From contig CAVVOB010000002.1 of NCBI GenBank assembly GCA_963749655.1, forward strand, positions 1 to 15,461: DNA of 15,461 nt. Direction: 5' to 3'. Position 1 is the first letter of the stretch. Each line of letters opens with the position of its first letter. The stretch is from Nitrospirota bacterium (lineage in GTDB: Bacteria; Nitrospirota; UBA9217). This document shows positions 1 through 7,980 of the stretch, in pieces. The position numbers and the translations under genes are program-made. A model generated the notes under the pieces. It did not search any database, was not told the DNA's origin, and was given only the letters and a program-made list of their open reading frames with translations.

Positions 1-60
1 GACATCGAGCGGCTCACTCCGAACGACGCCAATTACTCGTCGCCGGCCTGGTCGCCGTGA
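1..60 (+). CDS. tolB: 3' end of a TolB-like / PD40 beta-propeller protein (partial)
   Basis: Frame 1 reads DIERLTPNDANYSSPAWSP*. A terminal 'L-T-x(5-6)-SPAWSP*' is typical of the last PD40 repeat of TolB. Only 19 aa are visible. Confidence 0.6.
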   Translation, partial: DIERLTPNDANYSSPAWSP

Positions 61-64
61 TGTC

Positions 65-94
65 GGCCCGCAGGTGAAAATTCGCCTGCAGGCC
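65..94 (+). terminator. GC-rich hairpin just after the TolB-like stop codon (possible terminator or stability hairpin)
   Basis: GGCC-C-GCAGGTGAA (65-78) pairs with TTCGCCTGC-A-GGCC (81-94). The downstream U tract is weak. Confidence 0.45.
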
Positions 95-121
95 TTACCC
101 GGATAAACCGGAAATGCTGTC

Positions 122-215
122 TCGCGCAAAGCCGCTAAGTCGCAAAGAAAGACAAGGCGTTCAATTTTCTTGTTAAGGCTGTGGGTTTTCCTGGCGTCTT
201 TGCGTCTTGGCGCGA
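122..215. repeat. Imperfect inverted repeat built from 8-nt tandem units (REP-like element)
   Basis: The left arm TCGCGCAAAG-CCGCTAAG-TCGCAAAG (122-147) matches the reverse complement of the right arm CTGGCGT-CTTTGCGT-CTTGGCGCGA (191-215), which is TCGCGCCAAG-ACGCAAAG-ACGCCAG. The spacer is AT-rich and a T-run follows at about 223-230. Confidence 0.7.
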
Positions 216-319
216 AAATTTCTTTTTTTTGAAAAGAACGTGATTCATAACTGACTAAAGTTTCCATTCCCGCATTCCGATAAAAGAAGCACCAACGTCG
301 TCTTCAGGGGGGGGTCTGG

Positions 320-2353
320 TTGAGCATTAAGGGAAAACTGACGTTCATTCTGGTCCTCATCGGAGCGGTCCTCGGCTCCCTTGCCGGGTTCGTTGCCTGG
401 AACACCTGGCAGACGGCGCGTCAGGTGCGGATCGTGGCACCGGCCATTGATTTCCTGCACGGGGCCGGAGCCGTGCGGCTCCATTCCTATCAACAGGTCC
501 ACGATCTGGCCCACTTTCTGCTGTTCAACGAGGAGGGCGGGAAGAAACGGTTCGATGCCGACCGGGCGCTGATCGAAGACACCTTCCCAAAGCTGAAAGC
601 GTCGATCCGCCAGCAGATCTCTCTCGAATCGGAGAGGGATGAAGCCGAACTCGACTATGTCGCCGACATCGAGAGCGCCTATGCCAGGCTCATCCCGATC
701 TTCGAACGGGCCGTCCGCGAGAAGCGATCGGGGAACCGGAGGGCGGCAGCGGCGATCATGGAAAAGGAAGCGGAGCCGCTGCTGGAATCGGAGTTCTTCA
801 CGGCGGTCAACAACGCCGTCGGCCATGAGGCCGAGGAGATCCTGGACAACTACGACGAGATCGTACTCCGGGTCGGCGTCATGCCCTGGCGTCTCGATAC
901 CAGCCTGCGCGAGATCAGGGGAGCACGGCGGAGCATTCTCTATTTCCTGGCTACGGACCGCCTGTTCAGCGCGTTCAACCGGCAGTTCAACGAAGCCGTC
1001 GAATATATCATGTTCGGCGGGGAGGAGAACCAGCAGGATTTCGAGGAAGCAGGAACAGAGGCGGCGGAGTCCCTTCAGGAGTGCCGCAGGATCATCGAGT
1101 CGCAGATCACGATTGATATGGAGGGCGAGCGCGAACAGCGCGACGACCTCGATGTGCTGGAGAAGGAATACCGCAGGCTCGTACAGGTCGCCGAGGCCGC
1201 CCTCCAGATGCGCGCGGCCGGAAAGGCCGCTGCTGCGATTGAGGTCATGGAGCGGGACCTGAAGCCGCGGCTCGACACGGTCCTCTATCCGAAAGTCGAT
1301 TCCATGCTGGACGGAAGCATTGCCGAGATCACAGCCGCCCACCGCGTCCTGATCCGGTCCATTGTCGCAACCGGCGTCCTGCTTGTCGTGGCCATTTCAG
1401 CCTTTTCCGCTGTGTTGTTTTTCGTTTCCCACCGGATCATCCGCACGCTGATGAAGGGTATCGGCACGCTCAAGGAGGGGGCCGATATTATCGGCAGCGG
1501 CGATCTCAACCACCGCATTCCCGTCGATACGCAGGACGAATTGGGGGACCTGGCCGCATCCTTCAACAGCATGACGGCGTCCCTCAAGGACGGCAACGAA
1601 GACCTTCGGTCGTTCATCTACAGTCTTTCCCATGACCTGCGCTCCCCCCTCGTGAACATCAAGGGCTTTACCGGCGAACTGCAGCATACCCTGAAGGAAC
1701 TCGAAAAACTTCTCGAGAGGAACTGCGGCCATCTCGCGACCGACGACCGTACGCGGTTGCAGGCCATGCTGCACCACGACTTGCCGGGGACCATGGGGTT
1801 CATCGGCAACGCAGCGGTAAGAATCAACGAGCTGGTGAACGCCGTGCTCAAGCTGTCCCTCATCGGGCAGCGGGACACTGCGCCGCGGGTCATCGACATG
1901 ACGGAGCTCGTAACTTCGGCAGTCGACCGTTTCGGAGGAGAGATCAGGCAGCGGAACGTGGCAGTACGAATCAACGATCTGCCTCCGGTTACGGCAGACC
2001 GTGCCGATATGGAGGAGATCGTCGCCAACATCCTGGACAATGCCCTCAAGTACTGCGCCCAGGACCGCCGGGGAGACGTGGAGATCTCCGGGCAGCGGAC
2101 GAACGGAGAAGTGGTGTACCGTTTCCGCGACAACGGGCGGGGCATCGCATCCGACGACCTTGTCAGAATTTTCGGGCTCTTTCGAAGGTCGGGACAGCAG
2201 GATGTTCCCGGTGACGGCATGGGGCTGGCCTACGTCAAGGCCCTCGTCCGGCGCAACCGGGGACGCGTCTGGTGCGAGTCCGAGGTCGGGGTCGGGACGA
2301 CGTTCCATGTGGCAATTCCCGATGCAAAGAACATTGATGATAATCATCAGTAA
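320..2353 (+). CDS. Membrane sensor histidine kinase: TM, two tandem four-helix-bundle-like periplasmic repeats, TM, HAMP, HisKA, HATPase_c
   Basis: Intact 677-aa ORF with a TTG start. Hydrophobic segments at about aa 8-27 and 348-370; HAMP 'GDLNHRIPVDTQDELGDLAASFNSM'; H-box SHDLRSPL; N-box NILDNALKY; G1 DNGRGI; G2 GDGMGLAYV. Confidence 0.93.
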   Translation: MSIKGKLTFILVLIGAVLGSLAGFVAWNTWQTARQVRIVAPAIDFLHGAGAVRLHSYQQVHDLAHFLLFNEEGGKKRFDADRALIEDTFPKLKASIRQQISLESERDEAELDYVADIESAYARLIPIFERAVREKRSGNRRAAAAIMEKEAEPLLESEFFTAVNNAVGHEAEEILDNYDEIVLRVGVMPWRLDTSLREIRGARRSILYFLATDRLFSAFNRQFNEAVEYIMFGGEENQQDFEEAGTEAAESLQECRRIIESQITIDMEGEREQRDDLDVLEKEYRRLVQVAEAALQMRAAGKAAAAIEVMERDLKPRLDTVLYPKVDSMLDGSIAEITAAHRVLIRSIVATGVLLVVAISAFSAVLFFVSHRIIRTLMKGIGTLKEGADIIGSGDLNHRIPVDTQDELGDLAASFNSMTASLKDGNEDLRSFIYSLSHDLRSPLVNIKGFTGELQHTLKELEKLLERNCGHLATDDRTRLQAMLHHDLPGTMGFIGNAAVRINELVNAVLKLSLIGQRDTAPRVIDMTELVTSAVDRFGGEIRQRNVAVRINDLPPVTADRADMEEIVANILDNALKYCAQDRRGDVEISGQRTNGEVVYRFRDNGRGIASDDLVRIFGLFRRSGQQDVPGDGMGLAYVKALVRRNRGRVWCESEVGVGTTFHVAIPDAKNIDDNHQ

Positions 2354-2377
2354 GGGCGAGCGGCCGTTCGCCCCTGC
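2350..2377. repeat. REP-like palindrome of the GTAGGGGCG...CGCCCCTAC type, overlapping the kinase stop codon
   Basis: GTAAGGGCGAGCGGCCGTTCGCCCCTGC folds as GGGCGAGCGG/CCGTTCGCCC (with one G-T pair) and resembles RAYT-associated REP sequences. Confidence 0.6.
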
Positions 2378-2454
2378 GTCTCATTGGGTCACCGGCCGTC
2401 CCCTAGAGTAACCAACAAGAATGCAGTGAGGAACGAGAGGAGAGAAAACACTAT

Positions 2455-2898
2455 ATGGAACGCCATCAGCCAGTCACGATCCTGCTTGTGGAGGACGATT
2501 CCGGTCACGCGCTCCTGATCGAGAAGAACCTCCGTCGGGCCGGGATTGCCAATGACATCGTTACGCTGGACAACGGACAGAAGGCCGTTGATTTTCTGTT
2601 CAAGCAGGGAGCATACAGCGCGGACGAACATCCTTCACCGCCCCTCATCCTGCTGGACCTCAATCTGCCCGTGCTGGACGGCTACCAGGTGCTCAGGACC
2701 ATCAAGAATGACGATCGCACCAAAGCGATCCCCGTCGTGGTCCTGACCACGACCGACACGCCCCACGAGATCCAGCGATGCTACGAGCTGGGATGCAACG
2801 TGTATATCACCAAACCGGTGGAGTATGACCAGTTCTCCGATGCGATCAGGAAACTCGGCCTCTTCCTGACGATCGTGAAGGTCCCCGAGAAGCCGTAG
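2455..2898 (+). CDS. Single-domain response regulator (Rcp1-like, phytochrome-partner type)
   Basis: LLVEDD, LLDLNLP (phospho-Asp), VVLTT and YITKP motifs, with a C-terminal extension 'IRKLGLFLTIVKVP' as in Rcp1-type receivers. Confidence 0.93.
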   Translation: MERHQPVTILLVEDDSGHALLIEKNLRRAGIANDIVTLDNGQKAVDFLFKQGAYSADEHPSPPLILLDLNLPVLDGYQVLRTIKNDDRTKAIPVVVLTTTDTPHEIQRCYELGCNVYITKPVEYDQFSDAIRKLGLFLTIVKVPEKP

Positions 2899-3012
2899 CA
2901 GCGGCGCATCCGCAGAGACGCCTGCAGGAACCCGGAAGAAGCGGCATCCGCGGAAAGAAGCGCCAGGGAGAAGCTCCTCGCAGTATATTCTGGTGCGCGG
3001 ACAGGAGGCGGA

Positions 3013-4128
3013 ATGAAAAAGACGGCAATTGCACTGCTTGTTATTGCGCTCGCGTTTTCCCTGCCGGCAGGGTATGCGGCAGAGAAAAAGGAAAAAGCGA
3101 AGAAGAGGATCGCCGTCGTGAGCAGCTATCACCGGGAATACCCCTGGTCCCAGGAAACGAACAAGGGCTTTTGCGACGCCATGCTCAAGTTCGGCTATTT
3201 CGACAATAGGGGACAGGCTGAGGATTACACGCGGACCGACCGCGTCGAGACATCGAAGGTCATCGTTCAAAAGTTCTGGATGGACGCAAAGAGAAAGCGG
3301 ACCCGCGGAGAAAAACACCAGGCCACCGCGACGATCACGAGGGCACTCAAGGAATTCAAACCGTCGCTTATTTTTTTCGGTGACGATGATGCGGCCGAGT
3401 ATATCGGGAACCAGTTCCTCGACACGGGCGTGCCGATGGTCTTCTGGGGGGTCAACAATACGCCGGTCAAGTACGGGCTCGTCGAAACCATGGAGCGGCC
3501 GGGTCACAACGCGACAGGCATCTACCAGCCGGGATTTTACCTGGAAAGCCTGCAGCTGCTCAAGAGGCTCGTCCCCACGGCAAAAACCTTCGCCGTGCTG
3601 ACGGACGACACCACGGCGGGCCGGTCGCACTACAAGGCGATCGAATATCTCGCGCAAAAGGGCGCGCTGCCGCTCAAATTGACGGACATGGTCGTCACCG
3701 GAGACTACGATGTATTCAAGAGCAGGATCCTGGAGCTGCAAAACAAGGTGGATGCGTTTTTCGTCGCCCAGTACTCGAGCCTCCTGGACAAGGACGGGTC
3801 CTACGTGTCGGCCCGTGACGTCGCCGCATGGTATCTGAACCATGTGACGATCCCGGAAACGGCGGAGCAGGGGCAGTTCGTGAGGCAGGGCATGCTGTGC
3901 GGGGCCGACGACTCGGGATACAACCAGGGGTACGAGGCCGTGGGTGTTGCTTTTGATATTCTTTCCAAAGGCGCGAGCCCTGCGACCTACCCGGTCCGCG
4001 CCCCGAAGAGAGGCGCGCTCATCGTCAACCGGGAACGGGCAAAAATGCTGGGCATCCCGCTGACGCAGTCCATGGGAATCGAGGAGTACATCGACCAGGC
4101 GGAGGCGCTGAAGTATTCAATGCAATGA
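3013..4128 (+). CDS. Periplasmic ABC-type substrate-binding protein (ABC_sub_bind / PF04392-like, type I PBP fold), paralog 1
   Basis: Sec signal peptide MKKTAIALLVIALAFSLPAGYA; RBS AGGAGG. Motifs 'SSYHREYPWS', 'GDDDAA', 'PMVFWGVN', 'RPGHNATGIY' and 'LIVNRERAKMLGIPL' are typical of this family. Confidence 0.85.
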   Translation: MKKTAIALLVIALAFSLPAGYAAEKKEKAKKRIAVVSSYHREYPWSQETNKGFCDAMLKFGYFDNRGQAEDYTRTDRVETSKVIVQKFWMDAKRKRTRGEKHQATATITRALKEFKPSLIFFGDDDAAEYIGNQFLDTGVPMVFWGVNNTPVKYGLVETMERPGHNATGIYQPGFYLESLQLLKRLVPTAKTFAVLTDDTTAGRSHYKAIEYLAQKGALPLKLTDMVVTGDYDVFKSRILELQNKVDAFFVAQYSSLLDKDGSYVSARDVAAWYLNHVTIPETAEQGQFVRQGMLCGADDSGYNQGYEAVGVAFDILSKGASPATYPVRAPKRGALIVNRERAKMLGIPLTQSMGIEEYIDQAEALKYSMQ

Positions 4129-4140
4129 TAGCAGGAGTCA

Positions 4141-4378
4141 CCTGGAAACCGGAGAAGCGAGGGGAACCCCCGGGGACGCGGAGGTCCTTGGCGCGCTCTG
4201 TGGCCAGGGACTCGACAACAGGACTAAGCAATCCCGCGCCTTGGCATCCCCCGGCTCCTGCCGGGGGTGGAAAGCGCTCACTCGCGCGTGACACGAACGT
4301 GTCACGCATGCGCGAGTTCGCAGTTCCGGGAGGTCGCGTTGCTCGAGGGAGCCTCCGGCTCCTGCCGGAGGGGGCTCC
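4141..4378. other. Highly structured intergenic region with at least 4 hairpins, two of them sharing an identical CCGGC-TCCT-GCCGG core
   Basis: GTCCTTGG/CCAGGGAC (4184-4211); CCCCCGGC-TCCT-GCCGGGGG (4248-4267); GCGTGACACG-AA-CGTGTCACGC inside 4280-4317; GGAG-CCTCCGGC-TCCT-GCCGGAGG-GGG-CTCC (4348-4378). Confidence 0.6.
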
Positions 4379-4393
4379 ACTAAGGGGAGAAGT

Positions 4394-5476
4394 ATGGGAA
4401 TCTGGAGAGAACTGCTGCTGAGCATCATCGTTCTGTGTCTTGCGGTAACGCCTGCAGGAGCAGGGGAGAACGCGCCGAAGAAGGTCAGGGTGTTCGTCGT
4501 GAGCAGCTATCACCGCGAATATGTCTGGAGCCAGGACACCAACAAGGGGTTCTGCGATGCGATGCTCAAGTTCGGCTATTTCGACGACCGCAGCCAGGCG
4601 GACGAGTACTCGACGAACGACCGTGTTGAGACATCGAGGGCCGTCGTCGTGAAGATGTGGATGGATGCCAAGCGCAAGGGTTCCAAGGCGGAGCTGGAGC
4701 GCGCTGCGCGGGCCATATACAGGGCAGTGAAGAACTTTCAACCCGACCTGATCTTTCTCGGCGATGATGAAGCGGGGGAATACATCGGGAAACTCTATCT
4801 GGACACGAAGATCCCGGTCGTGTTCTGGGGCTTCAACGAGTCGCCGGTGAAGTACGGGCTCGTCGACACAGCAGCGCGTCCGGGCCACAATGTGACCGGC
4901 GTGTACCAGTCGGGATATTACGTCGAGTCGCTTCAGTTCCTCAAAAAGCTGGCGCCGCAGGTCAAGTCCGTCGCCATCTTGTCCGATACGACCCTTTCCG
5001 GGAGGACGCACTACAAGGCGCTTCAGTATCTTGCGGAGCAGGGCGGCCTTCCCGTGATCCTTCGGGACACGGTTGCCGTAGGCGGTTTCGAAGAGTGGAA
5101 GGCGAAAGCCCTGGAACTCCAGAAGAAGGTCGATGCCTTCTACGTGGTTTCGGTAAGCGGTTTCAAGGACAAGAACGGGGCTGCGGTCCCCGTGTCCGAA
5201 GCGATCCGGTGGTATACGTCGGCGATCACCATACCTGAGGCAACGCGGGGACATTACGTCAAGGACGGGCTGCTCTGCGCAGCCGACGATTCGGGCTACA
5301 AGCAGACCTATGAGGCCGTCGGCATGGCCCATGACATTTTGACAAAGAAGGCGAAGCCGGCCACGTTTGCGGCGAAAACGCCGTCACGCGGCGCACTTAT
5401 GGCAAACCGCGCGCGCGCCAAAGCGCTCGGGATCGATCTGAAGCCGGAGACGGGAGTTGAATACGTCATCGAATAA
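4394..5476 (+). CDS. Periplasmic ABC-type substrate-binding protein (ABC_sub_bind-like), paralog 2
   Basis: Signal peptide ending PAGA. Collinear with paralog 1 (VVSSYHREY, TNKGFCDAMLKFGYFD, DRVETS, WMDAKRK, GR[ST]HYKA, LC[GA]ADDSGY). RBS AAGGGGAG. Confidence 0.85.
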   Translation: MGIWRELLLSIIVLCLAVTPAGAGENAPKKVRVFVVSSYHREYVWSQDTNKGFCDAMLKFGYFDDRSQADEYSTNDRVETSRAVVVKMWMDAKRKGSKAELERAARAIYRAVKNFQPDLIFLGDDEAGEYIGKLYLDTKIPVVFWGFNESPVKYGLVDTAARPGHNVTGVYQSGYYVESLQFLKKLAPQVKSVAILSDTTLSGRTHYKALQYLAEQGGLPVILRDTVAVGGFEEWKAKALELQKKVDAFYVVSVSGFKDKNGAAVPVSEAIRWYTSAITIPEATRGHYVKDGLLCAADDSGYKQTYEAVGMAHDILTKKAKPATFAAKTPSRGALMANRARAKALGIDLKPETGVEYVIE

Positions 5477-5500
5477 GGAGATGCGCCGCAAGGCTCAATC

Positions 5501-7801
5501 ATGAACGGCGACGAGAAAAAAGGGCTGTCCATATTCTGCGAGGGTGCTCATCGTCCTGCTGGCTGTCGTCGTCCTCGTCAGCGGCGTGCTGACCGCGATC
5601 TTCTACGTCTACAGCACGCGGGCCGCGGAACGGCAGACCCAGGAAAACGTGCTGCAGCAGTTCGCGACCATCAGCTATCATTTCCGCTATGAGCTTCGGG
5701 ACTCCCTGGTGAAGGACCTTCAGCTCCTGTCCTCCAACCCGATCCTCGACGATTTTCTGATGTCCACGGAGTTCGAGCGCGACATCGCAGCGCGCGGCGT
5801 CGAGCGGTTTTTTCTGGAGTCGCTGAAGTACAGCAAAAGCTATGAGAGCATCTCCTTCGTCAATTACGCGGGCAGGGAGCTGGTCAAGGTCGACTGGTCC
5901 GGCCGGGTCAGGACCTACCATGACGTGGGCAGCCGTCCGTTCTTCGTGCGGATCAGGGAGGGACGGCAGGGGGCCATCGATGTCGAGCGGCCGCAGCTGG
6001 ACCCTTTCGGATCACTGCTGTTTTCAGCAGGCATCTACAAGACCGATCCGGACATCGGAAAGTTCGGCGGCGCCCTCATCATCAGCTACAATCTGAAGGA
6101 CTTTATCAGCTATCTGGACAGGATAACGATCTTCGACGAAAACCCCCTCTGGCTCTTCACCCCGGACGGCGCAGTGATCAAACAGCCTGCCGAAAGCAGG
6201 GCACGGCTCGACCCCCGGCCGTACCTCGGACCTGGCTTCAAGAAAGAACCGGTCCTCAAAATGGTCGACGGCGGGATGCTGGTCTATCAGGACCTGTATA
6301 TCAATCCCGAACGTCCCTTTCTGCGGCTCGCGATCAGTGTGCCGACAGCGCTCCTGCTCCAGGACACCCGGAAGGTCCTTCGTTTTTTCCTGATGGTCGC
6401 CATCCTTTCGCTGATCGTCATATCGGCCCTCGCCTACAGCTTTGCGGGATACCTGTCCCGGCCCATCACCGAACTTGCGGGAGCCGCATCCCGGCTCGCG
6501 AAAGGCGATCTGTCCACGCGGGTGCGGGGCACCTCGTCGGGGGAGATGCAGCTGCTCATCGAGAGCTTCAACCGCATGGGAGAGAACCTGCAGGGGACGA
6601 CCGTGTCCAAGGAATACATGGACAACATCATCAGCAGTATGCTGGACACCCTGCATGGTCGTATCGCCGGATGGACGGATTACCCGGTCGAACGCAGCCG
6701 CCTGTTTGCTCCTGGAGTACGCAGAGGAAGATCTTGTCGGAGCGGCCCTCAGCCGGGTCCTGGTCATCGAGGTGGAAGGGGGCAGGACCGTGCTGGACGA
6801 CGTACGGGAGCACGGTTCGATCGGCACGATTGAGAAATATTACCGAACGAGATCGGGCAGGAGGGTGCCGGTGCTGTTTTCCGCATCGATCCTGCGCGAC
6901 TCCCGGAACACGGTCCAGGGCATCGTCTGCGTGGCCCAGGACATGACGGAGCAGAAACGGGTCGAGCAGCGGCTGCAGGCCTATTCCACGGACCTCCAGG
7001 AGATCAACGAGGAGCTGAAGAACTTTGCCTACATCGTATCGCATGACCTTCGCGCCCCGCTCGTCAATATCAAGGGGTTCTCGGAGGAGCTCATCATCGG
7101 CATCAGGGAGATCGGTCCGCTTCTGGAAAAATACCTCGAGGGGTTTCAGCAGGAGGAGCGGAAGAAGTTCAGCGAAGTGCTGAAAAAGGACATCCCGGAG
7201 GCGCTCTCCTTCATAGGATCGTCCGTCGACCGGATGGACACCCTCATCAACGCCATCCTGAAGCTGTCGCGGGCCGGTCGGCGCAAACTGAACCCCGAGC
7301 CGGTGTCGGTGCAGGAGATGGTGGAGGCGATCGTGCGTTCCCTCGCCCACCAGCTCGAGGTTGGGAAGGTAACGGTGCACGCACAGGGCTTGCCCGGGAT
7401 TGTTGCGGACCGGATTGCGCTCGAGCAGATCTTCGGCAACCTTCTCGACAACGCCGTCAAATACCTGGAACCGGGGCGCCCCGGCGTGATCGAAGTGACA
7501 TCCCGGCATTACGATGATGAGGTCCTCTTCCACGTCAAGGACAACGGAAGAGGCATGGAGCACGAGGACATCCCCAAGGCTTTCGAGATCTTCCGCCGCG
7601 TGGGGAGATCAGAATGTGCCGGGTGAGGGAATGGGGCTCGCCTACGTCAAGACCCTGGTCCGGCTCCACGGCGGGCGGATCTGGTGCGAATCGGAACCGG
7701 GCATGGGAACGACCTTCAGCTTTACGCTGCCCCAGGCCGCCCTTCCGGGAACCCCGGCGTCGGGACCTGAGGACGAAAGGGAGAAGGAGCTTCGGAGCTG
7801 A
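5501..7801 (+). CDS. Membrane sensor histidine kinase: TM, Cache-like periplasmic domain, TM, HAMP, PAS, HisKA, HATPase_c (three apparent single-base insertion errors)
   Basis: Joining the frames at about 5537, 6654 and 7609 gives [20 protein letters not shown]...HAMP ([19 protein letters not shown])...[29 protein letters not shown] (PAS)...AQDMTE...SHDLRAPL...NLLDNAVKY...DNGRGM...[19 protein letters not shown]...GTTFSFTLP. Confidence 0.88.
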
Positions 7802-7808
7802 TAAGGGC

Positions 7809-7949
7809 AGGGGCAATGGTCAAGGGGCCAGGGTCAAGGGTCAAGGGGCAAGGGACCCGGACCCTGGACCCCGGACCCTGGACCCAGAACTCAGGACCCC
7901 GGACCCAGGACCCAGAACTCAGGACCCAGAACTCAGGGCCCCGGACCCT
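7809..7949. repeat. Heptamer tandem repeat array in two mutually complementary blocks
   Basis: Six AGGG(G/T)C(A/C)-type units (7809-7850), then about 13 GGACCC(T/C/A)/GAACTCA units (7859-7949). AGGGTC is the reverse complement of GACCCT. Confidence 0.85.
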
Positions 7950-7980
7950 GTTCCGAAGGAACAATTATTAGGAGGCGCTC

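Noticed and set aside
208-223. Sigma54 promoter-like TGGCGCG-N4-TTTCT
   Set aside because: The -12 element lacks the conserved GC (TTGC), and the match falls within the arm of the inverted repeat.
320-2898. Phytochrome / light-sensing system
   Set aside because: The kinase core and receivers resemble Cph1/Rcp1-type modules, but no PAS-GAF-PHY photosensory region or heme oxygenase is present; the sensors are periplasmic.
4144-4213. Firm call of a c-di-GMP-I (GEMM) riboswitch
   Set aside because: Only fragments of the consensus (AAACC, GCGA, GGACGC) are present, and the GNRA stem and tetraloop receptor do not form convincingly. It is kept only as a test within the structured-spacer finding.
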